A stretch of 63,079 nt of DNA, the filler included, from Chrysochromulina tobinii (taxonomy: Eukaryota): NCBI GenBank assembly GCA_001275005.1. It is 5 parts of 5 records of this genome, joined end to end, with 100 filler letters (N's around TTAATTAATTAA, not from the genome) between each part and the next. Parts side by side here need not be neighbours in the genome. Positions count along the whole stretch, not along the records: positions 18,170 to 36,975 come from JWZX01000068.1; 4 more parts are not named here. One strand, written 5' to 3'. This document shows positions 21,723-32,636 of this stretch, piece after piece. Both the position numbers and the translations under genes were made by a program. The notes beneath the pieces are model-generated. The model searched no databases. It was not told the origin of the DNA and saw only the letters and a program-made list of their open reading frames with translations. Position 1 is the first letter of the stretch; each line of letters starts with the position of its first letter.

Positions 21723-23132
21723 TCAATCCCCCGGCACCGGAGGCTGCCATTCGGTTAGGGCCCTCTCCTCGATCCGCCGAACGGCGACGAGGAAGTTGGC
21801 CGTGTCACGCACCTTGGCTTTCTCGCGCGTGGCGCGCGATTCCTCCCTGCTGATCGCGGCGACCTCCACCTTGGCGGTTATATTCTGGCCCGCCAACGTG
21901 CGGTAGAAGCCCGCCATGCAGTCGTCGAACTTGTCCGCGACGTGCTCCTTGCGACGCGCCGAATGAAGGCGAACCTGTTTAAGCGTGGGCGTTTCGCCCC
22001 TGGTGACGCGCGCCTGCTCGCGCACGGAGGCGCGGTGCTCGACGAGCGAGCAGCCAACCCGATTGGCGCGCAGCCGCAGCGGCGCATCACGCGCCGAGCC
22101 GCCGGTTGAGTCGTGGCGCAGCTCGAGGAAGCGAACGAGCAGCGGCGAGCACGCCGCTACGTCACGCCGGGTGCGCCGGAGCGTGGGGAGTGTTCCCACG
22201 GCGCACGAGTAGCGGGCCGACCCCTCGTCGATCTTGCCGCCGCTCAGCGCGAGCAGCTCGGCCTCTTCACGCTCGCGCATGCTCTGCTCAAACGCCGCCT
22301 GCGCCGCCAGCTGCCCCTCATCGTCGGCTACGCCGAAGTAGGACGTCAGCGTCGGCCGCTCCCAGTCGATTTCGGCAGTCCTGAGCCGCGGCAGCCCCCT
22401 GCGCGTGCTGGCAAGGCCAGCGAGAGGACCAGCCGTAGCAGCGCGAGCGTCTGCGCCTCGGCCGCTGAGCGCGAGCGCCGCGAGCACCGAGGTCTGTGGG
22501 CTGCCTGTCCGACCGCTCGCGTGGCTGTCGCGACTCCTTACGTCGCGCACGCCGCCAAAGCCCGACGAGAAGATGACAAACGTGTTGAAGAGGGAGCTCC
22601 GCAGCTTTGCGTCGAAGTCGTGGCGCTCGCGGCGGTTGAGGCCGCCAAGCGTCTCCGGGTATGCCTCGCGCAGCGCGGTCACGGCGGCGCACGCGACAGC
22701 CTCGGGCAGGTACCATGTGAGCGTGTCCTTGAGGTCGGCTGTCTTCGCGCTGCCGAGCGCGCGCGCGTATGCGGTCGCCACGTGCGAGAAGACGCGGTCG
22801 GCTGTCGCGGCATCATCCATTTGGAAGTGCTTGCACACTGCGTGCCACGTGAAGCTCGCAGCGAGCTCGCGGCACTGCTCCTGCATCCAGATCCGCGTGA
22901 AGCGAGCCTCGTGTCCGCCGGCCACGAAGTTGACGGATGCCAGCACCTTGCTCATGACCGGGCCCGGTGCAACGTCGTTCGGCAAAGAGTACTGAGGCTT
23001 ATCCGGCACCTTGGCGTTGGCCGGAGTTGGCTCGGACGCGGTGGACTGCAAGGACTGCGCGGTGATGAAGACCGAGTCAGACCCTGTGGTGTCTGAGCGC
23101 GGCGAGACGGGACGGTTGTGGGCAGCCACCAT
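21723..23132 (-). CDS. FAM227 (FWWh-domain)-like protein
   Basis: SFTWHAVCKHFQ...DRVFSHVATAY...KDTLTWYLPEAVACA...EAYPE...FDAKLRSSLFNTFVIFSSG follows the FAM227 pattern as I recall it. Confidence 0.7.
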   Translation of the reverse strand: MVAAHNRPVSPRSDTTGSDSVFITAQSLQSTASEPTPANAKVPDKPQYSLPNDVAPGPVMSKVLASVNFVAGGHEARFTRIWMQEQCRELAASFTWHAVCKHFQMDDAATADRVFSHVATAYARALGSAKTADLKDTLTWYLPEAVACAAVTALREAYPETLGGLNRRERHDFDAKLRSSLFNTFVIFSSGFGGVRDVRSRDSHASGRTGSPQTSVLAALALSGRGADARAATAGPLAGLASTRRGLPRLRTAEIDWERPTLTSYFGVADDEGQLAAQAAFEQSMREREEAELLALSGGKIDEGSARYSCAVGTLPTLRRTRRDVAACSPLLVRFLELRHDSTGGSARDAPLRLRANRVGCSLVEHRASVREQARVTRGETPTLKQVRLHSARRKEHVADKFDDCMAGFYRTLAGQNITAKVEVAAISREESRATREKAKVRDTANFLVAVRRIEERALTEWQPPVPGD

Positions 23133-23225
23133 GAGGCTTGCCAACAGCGACACCAAGCCACAGGGGAGTTTGATCACCACAGGCCCCGACCCCGAATCAG
23201 GGGTGTTGACCGACCTTGCGACTAA

Positions 23226-23241
23226 ACCGGTACGTACCGGT
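23226..23241. promoter_or_regulatory. Perfect 16-bp palindrome in a divergent intergenic region
   Basis: ACCGGTACGTACCGGT lies between the divergent starts at 23132 and 23428. A regulatory role is inferred only. Confidence 0.4.
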
Positions 23242-23427
23242 ACAGTGTTCGGCGTTTCGGCGAACGGTCATCGCGAAACGTGCTTATCAAACCGAAACAG
23301 CACGCACGTGCAGAGCTGCTACGAACTGTACGAGCGTCCAGGGGCTGAAATTAATGACGTGGGTAAGAATGTTGAGAAAGGGTCAGTTGAAGTCACACAA
23401 GAATATTCATACTTGCAGCGTTCACAA

Positions 23428-24741
23428 ATGGCGAAAGTCTTTCTTCGTCGCCTCGGCGGGCGGGCGGGCGGCGCGAGTGCCGTTCTGGGTGGCAGCACAT
23501 TCGTCGCTTGCTCTTCATGCATGAGCTCATGCAGCAAGAATGAGGATGCTGCAGCCGCTGCCAATGATGACGCTGCGTTTGCTCTGAAGCAGCTGCAAAA
23601 ACAAGCTGACAAGGCGCGGCGGCGTGCGCAAGAGCGCGTTCCTTTGGGGTCGCAAGAGATGCTGGGCATGACACCCAAGCTATGGCTCGAAGCGCTGGAT
23701 GAGGATCATCGCTATGGCAGCATCCTGTACCATTACTGGCAGCGCTGGGAGGCCTCGCGCACTCGTTGGATGTTCTTCGAGTGGTTGGATTACGGACGTG
23801 GCTCGCTCATCGACCTGCCGATCGCCCCGCGGCGGCTGCTCGAGGAGTCCAAAACGCTCTACTTGACACGCGAGGAGCTCCGGCTGTGCGAGGTTCGCAT
23901 CGAGCGATCCACGGGCAGGCTGCTGTGGTGTGCGGACGGTGAGCCTGTGACGCTGCCGCTGCCCCCCATCGGACCAGAGACCGAGACAGCGCGCAGCCGA
24001 TGCATGACGGCGCTCATCGAAGAGCGGCTTACGACGAGCCGACGACGCGAGGCATTGCTGCGCGAGGCACGAATCCAGGTGGAGGACGCCATACGCAGCG
24101 GGGCAGTCGCGACTCCCGAGGCGCTCGACGCGGTGACGAAACCTCTCATCAAGGACGGATTGCTGCGCGCGCTACGGGATGAGTACTTCCAAGAGCGGGG
24201 CATCGTGCGCCCCACGATCCAAGACGAGGCAAGCTACCAACACATGTGGGAGCGTTTCAAGGTGCGGAGCCGTTGGACGCCGGACGGCGAGCTCATCGAC
24301 GCCAAAAAATGCGGGCCTGCCTATGCGCTGCCGTCGTCGCTGCTGCCTTCGCTGTCTTGGGCGGACGTGCTCGCGGCCATAGGGCATGAGGAGGGCAGCG
24401 GCATGCCGCGCGGGCGCATGGACACGGCGGACGAGCGGCTGCGGCCCAATAAGCCAGGCAAGGGCGGCATCTTCGTCATCGACATGTTCGGCACCATGCA
24501 TGCAGCGCATAAGGTTTCGGGCGCTCTCCACCACTCCTCACTGACGAGCGGGCACTGCTGCCGCTTTGCGGGCTCCATAACGGTCGAGGCTGGCCGCGTG
24601 CGCAAGGTCTCGCCGCACAGCGGGCACTACGTGCCCACGCAGGCCGAGTATGAAGCGCTGCTCAAGTGCTGGCGACAAGACGGATTGGATTTGTCGTGTG
24701 CGGAAATCGGCCAGCTGGTAAAAGAAAAGAGGCCCGCATAA
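23428..24741 (+). CDS. IQM-family (plant/fungal calmodulin-binding) protein
   Basis: WLEALDEDHRYG...W...FFEWLDYGRG and IFVID...HHSSLTSG...AGSITVEAGRVRKVSPHSGHYVPT are hallmark IQM blocks. Confidence 0.85.
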   Translation: MAKVFLRRLGGRAGGASAVLGGSTFVACSSCMSSCSKNEDAAAAANDDAAFALKQLQKQADKARRRAQERVPLGSQEMLGMTPKLWLEALDEDHRYGSILYHYWQRWEASRTRWMFFEWLDYGRGSLIDLPIAPRRLLEESKTLYLTREELRLCEVRIERSTGRLLWCADGEPVTLPLPPIGPETETARSRCMTALIEERLTTSRRREALLREARIQVEDAIRSGAVATPEALDAVTKPLIKDGLLRALRDEYFQERGIVRPTIQDEASYQHMWERFKVRSRWTPDGELIDAKKCGPAYALPSSLLPSLSWADVLAAIGHEEGSGMPRGRMDTADERLRPNKPGKGGIFVIDMFGTMHAAHKVSGALHHSSLTSGHCCRFAGSITVEAGRVRKVSPHSGHYVPTQAEYEALLKCWRQDGLDLSCAEIGQLVKEKRPA

Positions 24742-25751
24742 AAGCCCACACTCCATGTTGTGAAAATCAGTGCATGGTCAGTGCATACGGGGCGCCATTT
24801 TTCCTGTAGGTTTTACAAAGCATCGTCGGTTCGAATCGTCGGTCGTAGTCGTAGAGGCTTCGTAGAGGCCGACCCGCGCGCGACGGCGCTTGTCGTACCT
24901 AAGTCGAAGTCGAAAAGTCCTAACGGAACCGGCCGCCCGGTCCCCGCCCGCGGACGGGTACCATGGGACCAGCGGCAGCGCCGGACCGCCGGAGCGCGGG
25001 GCCCCTGCGTGCCCGCCCTGCCGGCGCGCGGGGGACGCGGCGACGCGTTAACGGACGGCTCCTGAGCTGGGCGCCTGGACGTTGAACGGGGACCGCTCCG
25101 TATTGTATATCCGTATAATTATCGTATGGAAGTATGGAGTATGGTCTGGTTCTGCACAGCGTCATGAGGCATGGCACAGGTACAGATGTGGACAAAGAGC
25201 GAAAGACGCGCGGTCACGAGGACAGGATACGCGACATCCGACATTGCACATGTATCATGTTCCGACAACCGTGAACCGAGGCGCCTGGGCGCGAGGGCGA
25301 GACGACCGTGTGACGGGAGTGAGTCTGGCCTTCCCCCTCAGACCGTCAGACGAACTGCGCGGAGTGATCCGCGTGACCGCGTCCGGGAATTATCCGGGAA
25401 TATTGCGCACGTAAAGATATATTCTACAGTCATATGACATGTACCGTACCGCGTGACCTCCAGTGTCCACAGCCCGCCCGTTTCGACTTCTTCTTATAAA
25501 ATCGACCTTCTAAACAACGTAAAACCGCGAATTGGAGAGCCGCGGGAGGCCGGGAGCCGGGACGCCGGGAGCGGGACGCGGGAGCGGAGCGCTCAGCGGC
25601 GTAGAACGGCGTAGGCGCGTATAGCGTATCGTACGACACCCGGGACAGCGGTTGTGGAGCTGAAACAATCGCCATTAGCATTTAGAAATTTTACGTAGTA
25701 GATAGCTAGATACAGCTTACAGGTTTTTAATGTGGAATATACGAATCAAAT

Positions 25752-28700
25752 TCAAATTCTGCGGCCGGGCGTTGCGCCGGCCGGGGCGTGCCGGGGCGTG
25801 GCCACCTGGAACACACGCACCACGAGCGGGCGCAGGTCGAGATGCGTGGGCATGGTTGTCGCCGCGTGCGGCGGCTCGCGCAGCGTGGGGGGCGCCGGCA
25901 CCGGCACGGCGACGGCGCGGCCGCTGCGCACATCGGGGAGCCGGCTGGCGAGACCAAAGGGCAAGGGGGGCGGGCGCGACGAGGGCGGCGGCGAGGGTGG
26001 CAGCAGCGAGGGCCTGTGATGCACGACGACGTCCCCGGAGTAGTGCTTCTGACGCAGCCGGCGCTGGATACTGTGCGGGTCGGCCCAGTGGCGCCAGCGC
26101 CGCAGCCCCCACCAGAGCCGCCGGTGTGCACCCGAGAGCGCGCGTCCATGGTGCTGAATCTCCCACTGAATGGCGCTGAGCTCGGCGTCGTATTCGTCGC
26201 CCGCGTGGCCAAGCGCGGCGGCGCGCCTCAAGACGGCGGGCGGGATGCGGCACGAGGTCGCCGTCACGCCCATCCATCGCATCGCCGCCACCTCGATCTG
26301 TCGGCGTGCCACGGCATGCTCGGCCGCGTACGCCCGCCACTGCCCCACCGCGCTCTCGAGCCGCCGCCCGTGCATCATGGCAAAGACCACCCAGGGCAGC
26401 ACTCCCATGGGCTCGTGCACGGCGGTCCACGTGTGGAAAGCCGCCCTCACGCCGTTCGAGCTAAAGTGGCCCGCCGCGCGCCGCAGTCGGCGCAATGCCA
26501 CGTGGCGCTCGTCGACGTACGCGCGCCAGCTCGCGAAGCCACGAGCCTCGCGGTAACGCGCGAAGCGGCACGCGACCCAAATTGAGAGCATCCCGTAGCG
26601 TGCACGGTCACGCCAGCGCTCAAGGGCGCGCACGCGCTCGCGGTGCAACAGCCGAAAGAGGCCTCGTTCCAAGATGCGCAGAAGCCCCTTGGTCAGGTCG
26701 CACGCGAGGCGCCACTGGTTCAAAGCGCGCGCCGCCTCGTGCTGCCGCCAGTGCAGCAATATGCGCTCAACGACGCCCAGCAGTCCGTCGGTAGCGGTCC
26801 ACGTACGCCATCCGCGGCTCAGCAGTCGTCTGCGCCAGTGCGCAAGCACCGTGCACACCATGTCCATCTGCCAGCTCGTCGTTGCCCACGAATGCCATCC
26901 GCGGCTCAGGAGTCGTCTGCGCCAGTGCGCAAGCACCGTGCACACCATGCCCATCTGCCAGCTCGTCATTGCCCACGTATGCATGCCGCGAGCCAGCTCG
27001 TACTGACGCCAGTGCGCGAGTGTCTGGTGCACAGCAGCCAGATCGTATCTCAGGGTAGACCACGTACGCCAGCCGCGAACCAGCTGAAACTGGCGCCATT
27101 GCGCGAGTGTTCTCTCCATGAGGCTCACAATGAGGTCGCCAAATCGAGACGCCCACGTCGCCAGCACACGATACAGCTCGCGACGGCGCCAATGATCGAG
27201 GACTCGCTCGACCACGCGATGCAAGCGAACCACGACCGCCCACTGCCGCAGCGCACGACCGACTCGATGCGATCGCCAGCGAGTGATGGTCCGCGCGATC
27301 GCCGCTTGGGCAGGAAAGCGGGTCACGTACTTCCACTGCCGCATCGAGCGGCCAGCCTTGTACAATCGCCAGAGCGCAACGCATTGATCGACGGACATGA
27401 GACGGTGCCTCCGCCAGCAGCCGAGCCACGACCGCCATCCGGCGCCGAGCCGCCTCAGCTGCCAGCTCCTCAGGCATCGCGCAATCCTGCGTACCGCCGA
27501 CGTACGGTCGCTCAACCACGCTTGCCATGAGCGAAACGCCTTGCCGGCCCTGTGGCGCTGCCACGTAAGCAAGCTCGCTTTCGCGCGCTCCCATCGGGCA
27601 TCGCTTGACGCGCGGTACACCCTCCAGGAGCGCCACGCCAAGCCGGCCATCCGCCTCTGCCATTGACGAATCGTCACGCCAAGCAGCTGACGAACCCGTG
27701 CGCGCTCCTTGCGCGCCGCCAACCAGGTGTTGAGGCCGCGCTGGAGCCGATGGCGCAGCCATTGACGAATCGTCACGCCAAGCAGCTGACGAACCCGTGC
27801 GCGCTCATTGCGCGCCGCCAACCAGGTGTTGAGGCCGCGCTTAAGCCGATGGCGCAGCCACTGACGAATCATGACGCCAAGCACCTGACGAACCCGTGCG
27901 CGCTCATCGAGCGTCTCCACCCAGGTGTTGAGGCCGCGCTTGAGCCGATGGCACTGCCAGATGCGCACCGCGGTGCACATCCGCTGGGTTTGCACGTCGG
28001 CCGCACTGCACGCCGTCAACCATTGCTCCATAGCACCGTGCATGTGGCGCCGACGCCATGGCTGGTGAGCACTCTCAAGCAATTGAGTCACCACTGCATG
28101 GTGTATCTGCATCGCTCGCCACGCCTCGAACGCGTCCCCCAGCACGCGCTCCGTGTATGCCTCGTCCGCTGCCGCGCGCAGCTCGGACTGAAGGGTTGTA
28201 TACCGATGGACATCGCGCCACTCGAGCCATCGTCTATGGAGCTTGATCCGCTGCCGCTGCTGCCGGTGAGTACGCGCCACGTGCGCGGTGCGCGACTCCA
28301 ACGAGCGTGCCACCTTGACCGCCGCCCGCGCCGCGCGCCACCGCTGCCATCCCCAGCGCAAGCCTCGGCCGTTGAGCCACCGAAGTGCGGCCGCAGTGCA
28401 AGCCCGTGCGGCCGTTGCGCGCTCGGCCCGCTCCTCGCGCAGCCGCTCCGCCTCACACTTCCACTGGCGGAGCCCAGAGCGCGTCTGGTAGCCCAGCAGC
28501 CGGCGCATGGCGCGGCGCACCGCCTCTAGAGTCGCCCGGCGCCGTGCGGCCACGTCGCAAAACGCCCTCAGGCCACGCGCTAGACGCTGGGCCATCAGGT
28601 GCTGCACGCCCACCTTGACGAGCTCAAAGACGACTCTCATCTCCGCGAGTGCCGCCGTATTCGAGGCGAAGCGTGCGCGCTCCTCGTGCACGGGCCGGAC

Positions 28701-29444
28701 GCGCGACAGCGCGGCCCATCGGGTCATCAAGCCACGTAGCGTCCGCGCGCTCGCGGCGGCGCGCTTGACGACACACGGAGCGGGAATGCCGACGGCCACC
28801 TGGACGTCAAAGGGACTGCCTGCGAGGTGGTCGTCGTGCAAGCGCACGTACACACGATGCAGCCCCGAGCAGGAGCATGTGTATCGCACCGTGACTGTGC
28901 CGTCATCGTGGTCGACGATGCTTGTGACCACCTTGCCCGGCCCTGTCACGTGCACCGACCACGGCGCGCCTCCCACGTGCAGCGCGCGACCGTTCGGGTC
29001 GTTGTTCATGAGCACAAAGAGGGCGGACCGGCCAACGGACGCCTGCCTCAGGCCCGTGCCGACGGCCAGCGTCGTGAGAGGCGACGCCGGCGGTCCCTCG
29101 TCGCGCACTGTCGTCCACAGGTCGAGCAGCAACTTGAGGTCGTGCTCCTTGGAGGAACTGGCATACGTTGCCTTCTGCTGAAGGGAGGCATACGTCGCCG
29201 GAGCAGTCACTGTGCGCAGGCTGAGGTCACGGTCACGTTCAACGTGCGAAAAGCTCCGCCACGCTAGCATGAGTGGCGCTGATGCGCCACCGGGCCGTGG
29301 ACTCTTGCCGGGAGGCTCATTGCCGCGGCGTTCGACGAGAACAGGACGATTCGGCTGTCGCGCGCTGTAGCCGCCCCCGCCTAGTGAATGGGGCGATCGG
29401 GCAGCAGAATAGCTGCGTGGAGGCTGATACGCGTCGCGAGGCAT
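25752..29444 (-). CDS. Filamin/ABP280 Ig domain fused to a long Sfi1-like Trp-repeat rod
   Basis: GTGLRQASVGRSALF...DHDDGTVTVRY...LAGSPFDVQV (filamin), followed by more than 20 LxRxW/LxxW repeats, including near-exact 33-aa and 29-aa tandem copies. The 3' end may be affected by splicing. Confidence 0.8.
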   Translation of the reverse strand: MPRDAYQPPRSYSAARSPHSLGGGGYSARQPNRPVLVERRGNEPPGKSPRPGGASAPLMLAWRSFSHVERDRDLSLRTVTAPATYASLQQKATYASSSKEHDLKLLLDLWTTVRDEGPPASPLTTLAVGTGLRQASVGRSALFVLMNNDPNGRALHVGGAPWSVHVTGPGKVVTSIVDHDDGTVTVRYTCSCSGLHRVYVRLHDDHLAGSPFDVQVAVGIPAPCVVKRAAASARTLRGLMTRWAALSRVRPVHEERARFASNTAALAEMRVVFELVKVGVQHLMAQRLARGLRAFCDVAARRRATLEAVRRAMRRLLGYQTRSGLRQWKCEAERLREERAERATAARACTAAALRWLNGRGLRWGWQRWRAARAAVKVARSLESRTAHVARTHRQQRQRIKLHRRWLEWRDVHRYTTLQSELRAAADEAYTERVLGDAFEAWRAMQIHHAVVTQLLESAHQPWRRRHMHGAMEQWLTACSAADVQTQRMCTAVRIWQCHRLKRGLNTWVETLDERARVRQVLGVMIRQWLRHRLKRGLNTWLAARNERARVRQLLGVTIRQWLRHRLQRGLNTWLAARKERARVRQLLGVTIRQWQRRMAGLAWRSWRVYRASSDARWERAKASLLTWQRHRAGKAFRSWQAWLSDRTSAVRRIARCLRSWQLRRLGAGWRSWLGCWRRHRLMSVDQCVALWRLYKAGRSMRQWKYVTRFPAQAAIARTITRWRSHRVGRALRQWAVVVRLHRVVERVLDHWRRRELYRVLATWASRFGDLIVSLMERTLAQWRQFQLVRGWRTWSTLRYDLAAVHQTLAHWRQYELARGMHTWAMTSWQMGMVCTVLAHWRRRLLSRGWHSWATTSWQMDMVCTVLAHWRRRLLSRGWRTWTATDGLLGVVERILLHWRQHEAARALNQWRLACDLTKGLLRILERGLFRLLHRERVRALERWRDRARYGMLSIWVACRFARYREARGFASWRAYVDERHVALRRLRRAAGHFSSNGVRAAFHTWTAVHEPMGVLPWVVFAMMHGRRLESAVGQWRAYAAEHAVARRQIEVAAMRWMGVTATSCRIPPAVLRRAAALGHAGDEYDAELSAIQWEIQHHGRALSGAHRRLWWGLRRWRHWADPHSIQRRLRQKHYSGDVVVHHRPSLLPPSPPPSSRPPPLPFGLASRLPDVRSGRAVAVPVPAPPTLREPPHAATTMPTHLDLRPLVVRVFQVATPRHAPAGATPGRRI
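27660..27957 (-). repeat. 99-bp (33-aa) coding tandem repeat, three copies
   Basis: Units start at 27660, 27759 and 27858 and encode RHRLKRGLNTWLAARNERARVRQLLGVTIRQWL. An 87-bp duplication also lies near 26810-26985. Confidence 0.92.
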
Positions 29445-29618
29445 CGGCAAACGCCTTCAAACCGTTTGCGGAATTGCGAGTCAGGAACAGATTTCACAGC
29501 TAGGCCTGGCAGAGGGGTTTAGTTCGACACCCAGACGACGGACCGGCGTACATACGGAAACCATGTCGAGCGAGTGAGACCGGTACAATCATGCGCCCTC
29601 TACAATCATGCGCCCTCG

Positions 29619-31089
29619 TCACAGGGGCAGTCCGTGCAAGGGCAGCACCATCGGAGAGTGGTACGGCGCCGGTGCTCCTCCATCCGCCCGGTGCTCCTCC
29701 ATGACGAGGAGCATCACGAGATCCGTGAGCTGGCGCTCGAGATCGAGCTCGAAGACCAGCGCCGCGTCGGGCGCAAAGCCGCGGTGCCGTCGGCGCGACG
29801 CTGTGCGCTCGGCGGCGGTGCGACTCTCCGGCTTGCCCGGCAGCGGGCCCTCGTCGAGAAGCCTGTCGAGCGCAGCGTCCAGTTCGCGCGGCGGCCAGTG
29901 AAGCCGCCCCTCCTCGTCGCGCGGGTTGGCAAAGGGCGAGCGGTAGTCGGAGAGGCGCTCTCGGGGCGCCGAAGCGAGCGGCACGGGGCGGGGCGGCGCC
30001 GTCCTGGGCATTCCAGGCCTGCTGGCCGTGCCTGCGCCGGCGCCGTCGAAGTCGTCGTCAGACCCGTCGAGATCCTCCACGGAGAGCAGTTGGCAACCTC
30101 CAAGGCCGCCGGAGGCCCGAGCGCGCGCGAGCAGCAAGGAAGACGAGAGCGCACAGCCACAGGAAGACGCGGCCGCACCTCCGGCGCCCACCACGGCGCC
30201 GTGGCCATCTCCGCCGAAGCTCGGGGCCGCTGTCGATGGACGCGCCGTGGCGGGCGCGCTACTCGAGGGCGCTGTCGAAGCGCTCGCCACGGCGCTCGCC
30301 ACAGCCGCTGTCGCGGGCCGCAGTGGCGATGAGCGCTGTGGTGAGCGCTGTGGTGGTGACGTGTTCGCGCCCTTGCTGATGCTACCCGCCGCACAACGCC
30401 CAGCACAACGCCCAAGGCCCGCGCCAGTGTGAATGCCAGTGTGAATGCCCGACGCGCTATCAGCGCCGTCACTGGCCATGCACCCGCCACTGGACATGCC
30501 ACCGGGCACGCCGCCCGTGCCGCCGGCCCGCCGCGGCGGTGAGAGCTCCGCCTCCGACGCGCTGCCATACCAAGCCCCCGAGTCCCCCATTGAATCGTCA
30601 TCGGCGCCAAAGTCGGCGCCCAAGTCGGCGCCAAAGTCGAGCGCCTCCTCCGTGTCCAGAGGTGTGCCCCCGAGAGTGTGAACGCGCGAGGTGTGAAGAG
30701 GTGTGCCCCCGAGCGTGGAGCCGAGCCGTGCGCGCCGCTCGGGAGACAGCGCGCGGGGCGCCTCGTCAGCAGCCTCGTCCTCCTCCTCCTCCTCGTTGTG
30801 GGCGTCGCCGAGGGCCGTGCGACCGTGTGAATGTGAAAGGGCGAGGTGTGAAAGGGCGCGGGAGCGCTCAAGACAGCGCGTGGCTTCGGCGGCTGCTGCT
30901 CTCTTGCCATCCGCGAGCTCCTCCGCGAGCTCCGCCTTCCTCTGCTCCGCCTCCCGTCCCGCGGCCCTCTCTGTGAGCGCCGCTGCGGCCGCCTCAGCAC
31001 GCATCGCTCGTTGCTCTAACTCTTCAAACGCCGCCGCCGCCGCCGCCGCCGCCGCCCGTGCCGCCGCCGCCCGTGCCGCCTCTGCCGCA

Positions 31090-31141
<52 letters not shown>

Positions 31142-32222
31142 GCCTCGCTGCCGCCGCCGGCAAAGCTGCCGCCGCCGGCGACGCTGCCGCAGGCGTCGGT
31201 GCGGAACCCTCGTCGTCTTCGGAGCTGAAGCTCAGGTCCGCAAAGCTCATCACCTTCTCGCCGTCGCCGTCCCCGCGCCTGCCAAAGCCGCCACCGCTCC
31301 CTAAACCGCTCCCTAGGGAACGCGACCAGCTGGGCATCGACTTGGGCATCGACGGCCCAGCGGAGGCCATCCGAGCGACCGCCGGCGCCATCGCCTCCTC
31401 CTCCTCCTCCTCCCCCTCCTTGGGTACAGAACTCGTTACGGTGCGCATCGCAGCGCTGGCCGAGGCGCTCGTGGCGGCGCTTGGTGCCCGACTGGGCGCG
31501 GCGCTGGGCGCGGCGCTGCATGCGGCGCTGGGTGCGTCTACCCTCGGGGCCACGGCAACGGAGGCAGCAGCTCCCGATGCCTTGGCTGACGCCGCGCTCC
31601 TGCCAGAGGAAGTGGTGCCCGAGACAGCGCCATCGATTGCCATCGGACTTACGTGGCTCGTGGAGCCTTGTGCCACCACCATGACAGGCGCCGCCGCCGC
31701 CGCCGTGGCGGAAGCCACCACGTTGACGGCGAGCGCCTTGCGTGGCGCGTTGGCCGCGCCCGGCGCGGCGATGGTGACCCGCGCAACGCCGACTGCTGCT
31801 GGAGCGCTCGCCTTGGCGACTGTCTCCACTGTCATCACGCTTGGCTGCGAGGGCCGGGCAGTTGCTTCGGCGTGTTGAGACGTGACCGCCTTGACGACGC
31901 GGCCAGAGGGCGAGAGGACCTTGACAACCGAGGCAGCGCTCGCAGGACGCGCCGATGGCGCGGAGGTGGCAGTTGCACTGACGGAGGTGGAGGCTATGGA
32001 TACGGCCACGGTCGGAGCGATGCTGGACGGACCCAACACCCTCACGCTCGCCGCCTTGACGGCCACGGGAGCGGGAGCGGGAGCGGGAGCAGGAGCGCGA
32101 GCGGCGCTTACGGGAGGTGCGGGAGGCGCGTTCGCGGGAGCCTTGCCGCCGCCGCCGCTGTGCTGCTCCTGCTCGAAGCCGCCAAAGTCTTGCGCCGATG
32201 GCGGGGCGAGCGCACCGGGCAT
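29619..32222 (-). CDS. Low-complexity hypothetical protein (Ala/Ser/Val-rich, poly-Asp, coiled coil, short ordered C-terminus)
   Basis: Long ORF with coding-like composition; no family recognised. Confidence 0.6.
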
Positions 32223-32636
32223 TGCCGGCAGGATGAGGCGCCGTCGTGGGCTCCTCGAGTCGACCGGCCGGTCGCGCGACACGCGCGCGCATGAAACGGC
32301 GCCGTCTGGGCGCGGCGTCTCGGAAAAGCACGGGCGGGCGCGCCGAATGGTAGGAACATGCCGGCCTGCGCGCTTTGTTATACATAGTAATCATTGACTT
32401 TGTTTATTAAGATTTACATGTCTAAGATTTAAGTGTATGTAATAAGTAAGTAAGTATTTTGAGTATTTGTTTGATAGTTTTGTTTTGATTGTGCCAGTGT
32501 CGAGGCAAGAGCGGGCGTCTTAGTCTCTAGCGCCGCCAGCGCGAACGAGCGGAGTCTGTCGAAAAACTCGATGATTAAGGTTAAGCATGAGCGGCAGGTG
32601 AGGCTCCGCCTGGATGAGTTCGTAAGACGCTCCACT

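Noticed and set aside
21723..21750. Overlap between the FAM227-like and ankyrin ORFs
   Set aside because: It disappears if the ankyrin gene starts at ATG 21510, where its first domain begins.
31089..31140. (GTC)n and (GAG)n tracts here and near 36925, 45745 and 53797
   Set aside because: Ordinary coding microsatellites giving poly-Asp or poly-Glu.
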